Assembly: GCA_963677745.1 (NCBI GenBank)
Contig: OY782391.1
Coordinates: 896,001 to 960,000, forward strand
Direction of reading: 5' to 3'
Length of the DNA stretch: 64,000 nt
From: Candidatus Altimarinota bacterium
GTDB lineage: Bacteria; Patescibacteriota; Gracilibacteria; UBA1369
The position numbers and the translations under genes are program-made. Of the stretch, positions 9,479 to 18,905 are shown piece by piece. Numbering within the stretch: position 1 is the first letter of the stretch; each line of letters starts with the position of its first letter. The notes below the pieces were generated by a model. That model saw only the letters and a program-made list of their open reading frames with translations, had not been told where the DNA came from and did no database searches.

Positions 9479-9913
9479 ATGGCTGAAACCCTGTACACCA
9501 TCCAAGAAGCTGCTGAGGCAGCCGGTAAATCCATCCAGACCATCCGCCGCGCTTTGAAAGCAAAAAAGCTTACCGCCAAGAAACAGAAGACGCCACAGGG
9601 CTTCAACTATTTAATCGGGGAGGATCAATTGCTGGCCTTTTATAAAATCGAAAGACCGCACGGCAAAATCAAGGGCACGTCCGAAAAAGCCGAGCAGACT
9701 TCACTGATCACGGAATACGCTTCCAAGGAAGAAGTTGTCGAACAGAAAAGGGTTCTGGACAGACTGGTCGATGAAAACCGCAAAGACAAAGATACCTTCA
9801 TGAGATTCGTAAAAGTTTTCCAGGAAAGATTTACTTCTCTGGAAAGCCAGGTGAAATTGCTGGAAGAGCCCGGTAAAAAGAAAAGATGGTTTCAGTTCTG
9901 GAAAAGAGGCTAA
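9479..9913 (+). CDS. MerR-like HTH protein with coiled coil and C-terminal amphipathic tail
   Basis: YTIQEAAEAAGKSIQTIRRALK HTH, coiled coil, KKKRWFQFWKRG tail (RacA/DUF536-like architecture). Confidence 0.8.
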   Translation: MAETLYTIQEAAEAAGKSIQTIRRALKAKKLTAKKQKTPQGFNYLIGEDQLLAFYKIERPHGKIKGTSEKAEQTSLITEYASKEEVVEQKRVLDRLVDENRKDKDTFMRFVKVFQERFTSLESQVKLLEEPGKKKRWFQFWKRG

Positions 9914-9927
9914 AACACTCTCACTGA

Positions 9928-12504
9928 ATGTCCAAAAAATCTAAAAGACCGTTCTGGCATTGGCTGTTATTGGTGCTGGGATCTTTATTTTTATCGGTTC
10001 TGGCGGGATACCTGTATATTGCCTGGCTGCTGCCGCTGCCCGACAGTCTGGATCTGCGTCCCAGGCACGTTTCCACCAAGATTTATGACCGGAACGGTCA
10101 GTTGCTCTACGAGGTCTTGAGCAAGGGAGAAGGAAGGAAAACTTATTTAAGACTGGATGAAATGCCGCTGCTTTTTCAGAAAGCAATAATCGCCAGTGAA
10201 GACAGCGATTTTTATTCCCATGCCGGAGTTGATCCGGGAGCAATTGCCCGGGCGCTTTTTTATAATTATCTGGAACAAAAAGTCACCAGCGGGGCCAGCA
10301 CCATCACGCAACAGCTGGTCAGAAATTTGCTGGGGACCAACCGTGAGCGGAACCTCCAGGAGAAATTATTGGAAACCGTTTATGCCATCCGCATCAGTCA
10401 TGCCTACAGCAAGGAGAGGATTCTGGAAGAATATCTGAACACTGTTTATTTTGGCAATTTGTCCTATGGCGTGGCCGAGGCCGCCCGCAATTATTTCGGA
10501 AAAAATCTGTCCGATCTGGATCTGGCGGAAATTTCCATCCTGGCCGGTCTGCCCAAAGCCCCTTCCGCCTATAATCCGCTGGTAAATCCGGAAAAGGCCA
10601 AAAAAAGACAGCAGTATGTGTTGGGGCGCCTCGTGGCGCAGGGCGATATCACGGCCGCCCGGGCCGAAGAGGCGGCCGCCCGCGTGCTGCATTTCAAGAG
10701 CGGCAAAACCGCCATCGAGGCGCCCCATTTCGTCCACCACGTGCTGGCCCAACTGGAGGAAGAATACGGGCATGATTTTGTCTATAGCGGAATTTCCGTA
10801 CGCACCACTCTGGACCTGAATTTGCAGCAGGAAGCCCAAAAAATCGTCAACCGCCAGCTGGATCTGTTGAAACAGAAAAATGTCGGCAACGCCGCCCTCC
10901 TGGCCGCCACCGTGCCGGACGGGCAGGTACTGGTCTGGCTGGGCAGCCGAGATTATTTTGATGATTCCATCGACGGCCAGGTGGACATTATCGGCGCTGC
11001 GCGCCAGCCCGGCTCCGCCCTCAAACCGTTTCTCTACCTGCTGGCCTTGGAAAACGGCGACACTCTGGCCAGCCTGATCGAGGACTTGCCCATCAAGGTC
11101 AAGACGGAGGGCGGCGTCTATTCACCGCTCAACTATGATCTGGACTTCCACGGCCCGGTTCGGCTGCGTGAAGCTTTGGCCAATTCTTTCAATATTCCCG
11201 CGGTTAAAACCCAGGAAAAACTGGGCACTTCCCGTTTTCTGAATTTCCTGCGCCGCCTTGGTATGGATACCCTGGATCAGGATCCTGAATATTATGGTCT
11301 GGCCCTCACTCTGGGAGGAGGGGAAATCCGGCTGGCCGACCTGGCCAACGCTTATCTGACCTTGGCCGATTACGGTCGAAAAAAAAATTTCAGCACCATT
11401 CTGGAAATAACAGACGCTTCCGGCGGCACCATTTATAAATGGACTGCCCCGCTTTCCTCCCGTGTCCTTGGAGCCAACGGCGAACAGAATGCCTGGCTGA
11501 TTGCAGACGCACTTTCCGACCCCAACGCCCGTCTGAAAAGTTTCGGAGAAGGTAATGTCCTGGAACTCTCTGTCCCGGCCGCCGCCAAAACCGGCACCAC
11601 CCGTAATTTTCGCGACAACTGGACTTTTGGCTTCACGCCGCAGCTTCTGACAGCGGTTTGGGTTGGCAATTCCGATGCCACCCCCATGGAAAACATTTCC
11701 GGAATCGACGGCGCCGGCCCGATCTGGCACGATTTCATGACACTGGCCTACGAAAAACTCCCCGACACCCCCGTTTCCTCCACTGTCGATATTCGTAAAG
11801 GTAAGAAAAGTAAGAATAATCTTACAAATCTTACTTTTACCGACACCGCAAGTAGCCCGTTGCTCCCTCCCCCCCGCCTGATTGAACAGCAGATTTGTGC
11901 TGTATCCGGGCTGGCGGTCAGCGAAAATTGCCAGGAAAGCCTGAATGAATGGTTCATTGAGGGGACCCAGCCGCTTCAAAAGGATTATTTCTGGCAAAAA
12001 TACAGCTGTGGCGCGGTCAATAGCGGCACAGCTGCTCCGGCCGATGAGCCCGCCGGCAGCGTCCGGTATTTTATTAACTATCCTTTTGTGTATCAAAATT
12101 GGGCCAAGGAAAGGGGTTTCCTGCCCACTCCCGACTGCCGGCCGCTGCCTCCGGAAAACCTGCCGGCGGCGTCCGCCGATTTGCCGCCCCTGCAAATTGT
12201 TTCCCCGCTGGCCGGAGATTCCTTTCAGATAAACGCAAATCTGCCTCTGGACAGCCAGAAAGTCCCGCTTAAAATTATTGTCTACCCGGCCCGTTTTACT
12301 GACCAGTCCAATCCGCCTAGCCAAATTGAGCTGATTATCAACGGAAAAGTGATCAAAAGCCAGTCATTGAGCGGCTCCGCCGCTCCCCTGGAAATAAAGG
12401 AATTTTGGTTACCCGAACGCGGCCTGCAGCAAATAGAAGTCCGGATTACCTCAGAGAATAAGGCAGAACTGGCAAAAGACAGCGTGCAGTTCAGTGTGGA
12501 GTAA
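9928..12504 (+). CDS. pbpC: Penicillin-binding protein 1C
   Basis: Transglycosylase motifs EDSDFYSH, GASTITQQL; transpeptidase GSALK, SFN, KTGT; C-terminal BiPBP_C-like IVSPLAG region. Confidence 0.9.
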   Translation: MSKKSKRPFWHWLLLVLGSLFLSVLAGYLYIAWLLPLPDSLDLRPRHVSTKIYDRNGQLLYEVLSKGEGRKTYLRLDEMPLLFQKAIIASEDSDFYSHAGVDPGAIARALFYNYLEQKVTSGASTITQQLVRNLLGTNRERNLQEKLLETVYAIRISHAYSKERILEEYLNTVYFGNLSYGVAEAARNYFGKNLSDLDLAEISILAGLPKAPSAYNPLVNPEKAKKRQQYVLGRLVAQGDITAARAEEAAARVLHFKSGKTAIEAPHFVHHVLAQLEEEYGHDFVYSGISVRTTLDLNLQQEAQKIVNRQLDLLKQKNVGNAALLAATVPDGQVLVWLGSRDYFDDSIDGQVDIIGAARQPGSALKPFLYLLALENGDTLASLIEDLPIKVKTEGGVYSPLNYDLDFHGPVRLREALANSFNIPAVKTQEKLGTSRFLNFLRRLGMDTLDQDPEYYGLALTLGGGEIRLADLANAYLTLADYGRKKNFSTILEITDASGGTIYKWTAPLSSRVLGANGEQNAWLIADALSDPNARLKSFGEGNVLELSVPAAAKTGTTRNFRDNWTFGFTPQLLTAVWVGNSDATPMENISGIDGAGPIWHDFMTLAYEKLPDTPVSSTVDIRKGKKSKNNLTNLTFTDTASSPLLPPPRLIEQQICAVSGLAVSENCQESLNEWFIEGTQPLQKDYFWQKYSCGAVNSGTAAPADEPAGSVRYFINYPFVYQNWAKERGFLPTPDCRPLPPENLPAASADLPPLQIVSPLAGDSFQINANLPLDSQKVPLKIIVYPARFTDQSNPPSQIELIINGKVIKSQSLSGSAAPLEIKEFWLPERGLQQIEVRITSENKAELAKDSVQFSVE

Positions 12505-12638
12505 AGCCGCGGCAAACGTTAATAGCATAACAATTCCCCAGCCTGTCATCTGAATTGCTGAAACGATTAGTCAGACTCAAAGTTAATATAAGTGCTTGCC
12601 AACGCGCAAAAAACAAAAAACAGCCAAAATTGGCTTAA

Positions 12639-12667
12639 TTGACATAAAATTCCCTCTTTGATAAAAC
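12639..12667 (+). promoter_or_regulatory. Putative promoter of the S-layer transcript
   Basis: TTGACA-N17-TAAAAC with TGn extension, ~525 nt upstream of ATG 13194. Confidence 0.5.
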
Positions 12668-12698
12668 ATCTCAGCCGGTCGTAATCAGCCAGCGTTTA

Positions 12699-13130
12699 AG
12701 TAGTGTGTTCCAGACTGCGGTTATCGGTAAGGTTGCAGTTCGAATCTGGAAAGTACCCTTCAGCGCATGGCGTAAACAAAAACGACGGAAATACGTTCAT
12801 TGAAAACCAGCGGGTAGTCGGAGTTAACCGGGCGTTCTCCCTCGGCCGCCTTAAAACGGCCCAAGACAGCGTAAGGCAAATTGTCCGACTACAGCAAGAG
12901 CATCATTGGGTTTCCACCCGGGAACAAACTTCATGATGGCTTTGCCCGAGTTTTCCAAATCAAGGACCCGTCCACAAGGTCCGGTGATTTTCAGGATACA
13001 ACACCTGGAAGTCCGGTTGGGTACTCCTCAAAAATTCTCCCAGAAAATGGCGTTATCCGCCAAAACCCCAAAGTTTAAATTTAAACTTTAAGATCGCTTT
13101 TACTCAAGGTAAAAAAGCGGTCGCACTACT
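12699..13130 (+). ncRNA. Candidate large structured leader RNA upstream of the S-layer gene
   Basis: Nested helices: AGTAGTGTG/CGCACTACT, TTCCAGA/TCTGGAA, AGTACCC/GGGTACT, GAAAAC/GTTTTC, GTAGTCGGA/TCCGACTAC plus several hairpins. Confidence 0.6.
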
Positions 13131-13193
13131 ATGTACGTCAAGTTCAGACTTTATGTACATCGATGTTTATTTATCTATCTATTTATTCTAATT

Positions 13194-16100
13194 ATGGATT
13201 TATCCACAACATTTGCGTCAATTCGCAAACAAGTTGCTGGTCTTAGCTTGGTAGCACTCGTTGCAGGTCTCTTTGCAGCAGGTGTTGCTACAGCCGCAAC
13301 TGAGAATATTTTCTCAGATGTTCCAGCCGATGCGTGGTATGCAGGTTATGTAAATGACCTCGCTACTGCGGGAGTAATCGACTCCACAAAAGATATGTAC
13401 AGACCAGGTGACCTGGTCAACAGAGCTGAAATGGGCAAGTTTGCCTTCATGGTTTCCGGACTTCCTCTGGAGACTGCTTCAGCCGCTCCTTACAAGGATG
13501 TCGCTATGGGCCAATGGTATACAGATTATATCTATACCCTGACCAAGAACGGCATCGTCAGCGGAGACAAAGCCAATGGTGTCCCCACCGGTTATTTCAG
13601 ACCGGAAGCTCCTTTGAACAGAGCTGAGGCCGCCAAGATGCTTGTCAATGCTGCTGCCATGGCCGAAGACATTACAGGAAATCCTCATTTCCCTGATGTC
13701 ACTTCCGGCGCCTGGTATTTCAACTTTGTTGAAACAGCCTTCAATAACGGTGTTGTATCCGGCTATCCGGATGGCAACTACAGGCCTTCCAACAACATCA
13801 ACAGAGCAGAAGCCGCCAAGATGGTATTCCTGAGCATGAACCCGGTTGCTGCCGGCTTCACTCTGGATTCCGCCGCCGCTGCTTCCAAGACTACTGTTGA
13901 ACTGATCTTCTCGATGAACGTTGACTCCACTCTTGCTGCTGACGAAGCCAACTATCTCATCGAAGACTCAAGTGGTACCAAGCTCATAGTTTCCGCCGCT
14001 GAAGTAACAGCTGCCGACACTGTTATGCTGACTACCAGCACACAGACAGAGGGCAAAGTATATTATGTAACTGCCAAGAATGTGGAATCCGATGCCGGCG
14101 ATGCTCTCGCTAGCAGCGATTCCGTATCATTCCTCGGCTACGGTGCCGACGTCAGTGGTGGAGCTCTTGAAGTAGCTCTTTCCACACAGACTCCGGTTGC
14201 CGGATCCATTCCAAGTGGTGCTACAGGCGTAGTATTTACTTGTTGGGATTTCATGGCTGGTTCCAGCGATGTGACAGTTAAATCTGTTCACGTACATCGC
14301 GTAGGCCCAGGTTCACAAGGTGATTTTGACAATGTTTACCTGTACAATGGTGATCAGAGACTTACCACCGGAAGAACAATCAGCAGCGAAACTCAATTGG
14401 TTGAGTTCAACAACATCAACCAGGAGGTTGCCGCTGGTGACAACATGAAGCTCTGCGTAGTTGCAGATCTTAAAGCTGGTGCAAACGGAGGCGTACACGC
14501 TTTTGAACTTGCTTCAGCCGATTCAGTTATGAGCAACTCTTCAGACATGACTGGCTCCTTCCCGCTCCGCGGTGCCGATCAACTGATTACCTCTGCCCAA
14601 GTAGGCAAGAGCTACATCAGAAGAAACGGTACTCTGAACGAGGCCACCATTGGTGAAAAGGGTGTCAGAATTGCCCAGTTCGAGATCGAAGCTGACGGTT
14701 CAGAAGACCAGCAGCTCGAAAGAGTAGCTTTATATGTGAGAGGATCCATCAGCACAGGTGCAGTTTCCAACATGAAACTGTTTGTTGAAGGAGATTCCAC
14801 AGCTCTGGCCGCCACCGATGCCGTTGGTGCCAAAGAATTGGCTACCTTCTCTCTGGACAAACCATTCAAGATTGGACGTGGTATGAGAAAGATTTTCTAT
14901 GTCACGGGCGATCTGAATCCTGGCAAGAACGGTGATACTATCAAGATTTATCTTGATGAAACCACTGATCTTAACGTAACCGGAACAACTTACGGTTATG
15001 GAACCAGAGTCGACGCTACCAAATATGACGGTGGCGACGGTGCTGACCTTTTGGTCAACACATCTGATGATGAATATTCTTATGTCACCATCAAGGGTTC
15101 CGACTTCGTAGCTAACTGGACAGGTCCTTCCGCCTCCAATATTCCGGTAGGACAAAAAGCCGTAAGCTGCTTGGATCTGACCCTCACCAACTCTTCCGGT
15201 GAAGATCTCGAGATCAAAGACTGGGAAGTTGATGTAGCTGTTGCTCCAATCGTAGTAGCCGCCGATGGTGGTCTCTACAACGCGACAAACTCGACTCCAA
15301 ACTACACTCTCTTCAAGCTCGCCAGGATCAATGACGATGGAACCCTCGGTGGTTCCCTGCTTGGTCCAAACGAACTTCCAGGTGTAGTTGATGCTCTTCA
15401 AACCGTTAAACTTGGTGGAAGTGCCAACATCACTGCCGGTGAAACTGTCAAGGCCGCTGTCGTATTCGACATTGCCAACAACACTCTCATGAACGGTGAT
15501 AAAATCACTTGTACCCTGAAGGCCTTGAATGGCTCAGGCAAGGATTATATCCGCGATATCAATGGAGATGCCTTAACAGCTTCGTCCATTACTCCTTCTT
15601 CCGACATCGTCGGTAATCCTCTCAAAGTGGTAGATGCCGCTTTGAAGGTGAAGGTTGCTTCCACTCCTGCTTCTCAGACAGTTGTAAAGGGTGTAAGCGA
15701 TGTCAGCCTGCTCGGTATTTCTCTGGAATCCGGAGTTTTGGATTCCACACTGAAGACTATCAGCATTGCATCTGCTATCGATACAGCTCCAGCAGCTGTT
15801 CCAGCAGGTGATGCAGACGTTCTCCTGACACAAAGGGTTGAGAGCGGCAAGGCCACCAAGGATGTGGTCACCAACCTCAAACTTTATGATGGGGCAACTC
15901 AGGTGGGTACAGTGGAAAGCATCAATGATTCCACAGGAAAAGTAACCTTCAACAACCTCAGCGTATCTATTCCGAAAGGAACAACTAAACTGTTGGTTTT
16001 GAAAGGTAACATCTCCAACTCCACTTACACTGATACTCTGATCAAGTTTGGTGTTGTCGCTAATACAGACATCACTGCTCTTGATAACAACAGCCAGACA

Positions 16101-17492
16101 ATTTCCGGTATCAGCACAGTCAATGCCGAAAACGGCTTGAATGCAGGCGCAAACCTCATTCCAAGTGCTACCGGTACTACCATCACCATTAAGGATGCTG
16201 GTACTGTCAATGTTGCTTCTACCAGCCAATACACATCCAAACTGATTGGTGGTGGAGTAACTGCTGAAAAGATTGGCAACATCAAGTTCAACATGACTAA
16301 TGCTCCTGCCACGCTTGATGACTTCGTTCTGTCCGTATTGGGCGAACCAGCCGGTCTGCAAACTGTTTATCTGTTTGACTCCAGCTGTTCAACAGCCAGG
16401 GGCTCAGCCACAGGTTATTCTGTAACCGGTGGAACAGTCACCGTAACTGATGCCGCCATTGCTCTGCCAATTGGACAAACCACACTCTGTATCAAGGGTG
16501 ATTTTGCTCCGGTCAGCAGCACTCTGGTTGACCCACCAGTATCCGGTAAATTCGTTGCCATCGCTTTGACTGAAGTAAATCAGATCACATCCGGTGGTTC
16601 CGATATCAACGGTAACTTTGCTTCCTCAGTTGGTACAGAGACCGTTGGTATGACCGCTATTGCCACCAACCCCACCCTTTCCGGTGCTGTTGCTGCTGGT
16701 GACGTTGTTAAGATCGACGAAGAGTTGATGTATGTATCTTCAATCGGTCCAGTAGTAGTTATCAGAGGTTTTGCCGGTACAGCTGCCAATGCGCATTCCG
16801 CAGGCGCCGCCTACCAGGTATTGACCTCCGGAGTAACCAAACTGTTTGAATTGAATACTGCCACCTATAACAGGGGCACTGTTCTTTCCGATGGTACAAA
16901 CTACTTAATGTGTTTGAACCCAGTTTGCGCCGTAGCCGCTACAGATCAGTTGATCATCTCCGGTGTTACATTTAACCCAGCAGCTACCGCTCTGGATGTT
17001 AAATTTAACCAGGCAGGTGAAGCCTTCAAACTCAGAAAGGCTGCTCCAACTTTGGCTCTCTCCAACTCTGTAGTAGGAGGAAACACGCTCGCCACCTCGA
17101 CTCAGTTCGCTGTTGCAGCATTCTCCATTACAGCTGCAGGTGTGGGCGCAGTTGAATTCCAGCCAACCGATGCTATGAACTTTACAGTCGGCACCGGAAC
17201 AACTGTCAACTCTTGTGCTTTATACGGTCCAGGCGACCAGAAGTTATCTACCAACGATGCTTCACCAGCATCTATTGCTTTCGACAATGTAAGTGCATGG
17301 TCGATTTCAGCAGGTGAAACCAAAGTTCTCACTGTAAAGTGCGATCTGACCACAGTTGGTGGTGATGATTTCCAGATGACATTGGATAGTTTTAGCTACA
17401 GTGACGGAGTAGTTGCCAATATTACCGGCGACACCTCATTGATTGTTAATACTCTGCCAATCGCTGGCCCAACATTTACCAGACCCACATAG
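13194..17492 (+). CDS. S-layer protein with three N-terminal SLH domains and Ig-like beta-rich domains
   Basis: Signal peptide, FSDVPADAWY / YRPGDLVNRAE / FRPEAPLNRAE / YRPSNNINRAE SLH repeats, Thr/Ala/Val/Gly-rich body. Start moved to ATG 13194, after an A/T-rich leader. Confidence 0.9.
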   Translation: MDLSTTFASIRKQVAGLSLVALVAGLFAAGVATAATENIFSDVPADAWYAGYVNDLATAGVIDSTKDMYRPGDLVNRAEMGKFAFMVSGLPLETASAAPYKDVAMGQWYTDYIYTLTKNGIVSGDKANGVPTGYFRPEAPLNRAEAAKMLVNAAAMAEDITGNPHFPDVTSGAWYFNFVETAFNNGVVSGYPDGNYRPSNNINRAEAAKMVFLSMNPVAAGFTLDSAAAASKTTVELIFSMNVDSTLAADEANYLIEDSSGTKLIVSAAEVTAADTVMLTTSTQTEGKVYYVTAKNVESDAGDALASSDSVSFLGYGADVSGGALEVALSTQTPVAGSIPSGATGVVFTCWDFMAGSSDVTVKSVHVHRVGPGSQGDFDNVYLYNGDQRLTTGRTISSETQLVEFNNINQEVAAGDNMKLCVVADLKAGANGGVHAFELASADSVMSNSSDMTGSFPLRGADQLITSAQVGKSYIRRNGTLNEATIGEKGVRIAQFEIEADGSEDQQLERVALYVRGSISTGAVSNMKLFVEGDSTALAATDAVGAKELATFSLDKPFKIGRGMRKIFYVTGDLNPGKNGDTIKIYLDETTDLNVTGTTYGYGTRVDATKYDGGDGADLLVNTSDDEYSYVTIKGSDFVANWTGPSASNIPVGQKAVSCLDLTLTNSSGEDLEIKDWEVDVAVAPIVVAADGGLYNATNSTPNYTLFKLARINDDGTLGGSLLGPNELPGVVDALQTVKLGGSANITAGETVKAAVVFDIANNTLMNGDKITCTLKALNGSGKDYIRDINGDALTASSITPSSDIVGNPLKVVDAALKVKVASTPASQTVVKGVSDVSLLGISLESGVLDSTLKTISIASAIDTAPAAVPAGDADVLLTQRVESGKATKDVVTNLKLYDGATQVGTVESINDSTGKVTFNNLSVSIPKGTTKLLVLKGNISNSTYTDTLIKFGVVANTDITALDNNSQTISGISTVNAENGLNAGANLIPSATGTTITIKDAGTVNVASTSQYTSKLIGGGVTAEKIGNIKFNMTNAPATLDDFVLSVLGEPAGLQTVYLFDSSCSTARGSATGYSVTGGTVTVTDAAIALPIGQTTLCIKGDFAPVSSTLVDPPVSGKFVAIALTEVNQITSGGSDINGNFASSVGTETVGMTAIATNPTLSGAVAAGDVVKIDEELMYVSSIGPVVVIRGFAGTAANAHSAGAAYQVLTSGVTKLFELNTATYNRGTVLSDGTNYLMCLNPVCAVAATDQLIISGVTFNPAATALDVKFNQAGEAFKLRKAAPTLALSNSVVGGNTLATSTQFAVAAFSITAAGVGAVEFQPTDAMNFTVGTGTTVNSCALYGPGDQKLSTNDASPASIAFDNVSAWSISAGETKVLTVKCDLTTVGGDDFQMTLDSFSYSDGVVANITGDTSLIVNTLPIAGPTFTRPT

Positions 17493-17526
17493 TCTGTAGT
17501 GTTGTAGAAAACTAATTCTTAGTTTT

Positions 17527-17574
17527 AAGCCCGCATGGAACCCCGCTTCGGCGGGGCCCCCAGCGGGCTTTTTT
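17527..17574 (+). terminator. Intrinsic terminator of the S-layer gene
   Basis: AAGCCCGC..CCCCGC-TTCG-GCGGGG..GCGGGCTT + T tract. Confidence 0.85.
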
Positions 17575-17697
17575 GTGCCTGTTTAACTATTGACAAATAT
17601 ATGAAAATATTGTATCAAATAGATGTCAAGTTGACCTTCGACATTTAGCTCCCGATTCCGAGGAGGGAAGAAGGGAGGAAAGGGAAAGGAAAAAAAC

Positions 17698-18609
17698 ATG
17701 AAGCGCTACGGATTTGGACTGTTTGTGGTGGCTGGCATGCTGATGCTGTCGGCGCTGCTGGGGCAGGCCTGTGTGTTGGATACATACGGGACACTGTTCG
17801 CTGACGGCGGCGCGGATGCCGGTCCGGACTGCAACGCTCTCTGCGAGGAAGCGGCTGCAGGAAGCTCCGGAAATGCCGGAACTGCCGGTCAGGGCACGCC
17901 CGATGTGGATGTGCCTGACACCTGCGACTGCGGAGATGCCGGAAGCGGTGGATCTGCCGGAGCAGGAGGTACTGGTGGAAGCGCCGGAACGGGCGGAGCC
18001 ACCGGCGGCACCGGAGGCTCGGCCGGACAAGGCGGAGCAACCGGAGGTACTGGCGGATCTGCCGGAAGCGGCGGAGAAGCTGGACAAGGAGGAACTGGCG
18101 GAGCAGCCGGAGGCGGCGGTCAGGCCGGACAAGGCGGAGCCGGCGGTTCGGGGCCAACCTGCGTAGTGGCAGGAGACGACGGAACTATCAACAAGATCAC
18201 CGCCGAAGCCATCCGGGTCTATCTGCACTATGCAGACGATTCCGAGACGTTTCTGTCCTACAGCCCGGTCAACTTCAGCTTCGATACCAAGCCGCTGTCC
18301 GCTCAGGCTGTTGTCTTGGGCAGCAATGGGCTGAGCTTCGGACTGTGGCATGATTCCACGCCTACACCCACTGTGCTCTATACAATTGATGAGGCAACCT
18401 TGCCGGCCGCAGAATGCACCGGAGTCGACATCAGGAGCATCGAGTGCAGCCGGATCTTGGCGAAGAGTTTCAGGTGCCAGTTCCCGCCCTACAACGAGGT
18501 GGTCGGCTGTCCAGCCAACGTTGCGTTCACCGCGCAGCTGGCCAGTGACAGCTATGCCGATCCGTCTGGGGGATACCAGATGGTACTCGCTGACATTTAC
18601 TGCCCCTAA
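17698..18609 (+). CDS. Gly-rich putative lipoprotein, cassette 1
   Basis: Signal ending LGQAC, GGSAG/GGTGG repeats, C-terminal 6-Cys domain paralogous to cassette 2; purine-rich SD. Confidence 0.85.
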   Translation: MKRYGFGLFVVAGMLMLSALLGQACVLDTYGTLFADGGADAGPDCNALCEEAAAGSSGNAGTAGQGTPDVDVPDTCDCGDAGSGGSAGAGGTGGSAGTGGATGGTGGSAGQGGATGGTGGSAGSGGEAGQGGTGGAAGGGGQAGQGGAGGSGPTCVVAGDDGTINKITAEAIRVYLHYADDSETFLSYSPVNFSFDTKPLSAQAVVLGSNGLSFGLWHDSTPTPTVLYTIDEATLPAAECTGVDIRSIECSRILAKSFRCQFPPYNEVVGCPANVAFTAQLASDSYADPSGGYQMVLADIYCP

Positions 18610-18646
18610 ACCCCAACCCCTCACCCGACTCAGAAAGGGAGTCAAA

Positions 18647-18791
18647 GTCGAAGTTCAACAACAGCTCGCCGACGCTTGAGTTGCCAAACAACCGCAAGGT
18701 AGTAGCAACGCAGGCCCAGGCGGAAAAGCAAGCCCCGCGCTGATCGTCCATACAGGACTTGATCGCGCGGGGCTCTTCGACGTGTTTTTTT
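18647..18791 (+). ncRNA. Conserved structured 3' RNA element, copy 1
   Basis: Matches 19725-19860 with compensatory changes (GTTGC/GCAAC vs GTCAC/GTGAC); ACC-GCAA-GGT tetraloop; long GC hairpin followed by a T tract. Confidence 0.75.
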
Positions 18792-18905
18792 ACGCCCAGA
18801 TTGACAAAATTAGAAAAAAACGTATAAGTATAAGAGTAACATTGATCTTCGACATACACGCTCCCATCCCTGAAAAGGGACAATGGAAGGGAAAGGAAAA
18901 TTCCG

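Noticed and set aside
12699-13130. RNase P RNA, tmRNA or group I intron identity for the leader RNA
   Set aside because: GGAAGTCCGG and a TTCGAAT loop occur, but the partner motifs and order required for RNase P P4, a tRNA-like acceptor/CCA end or group I P7 are absent.
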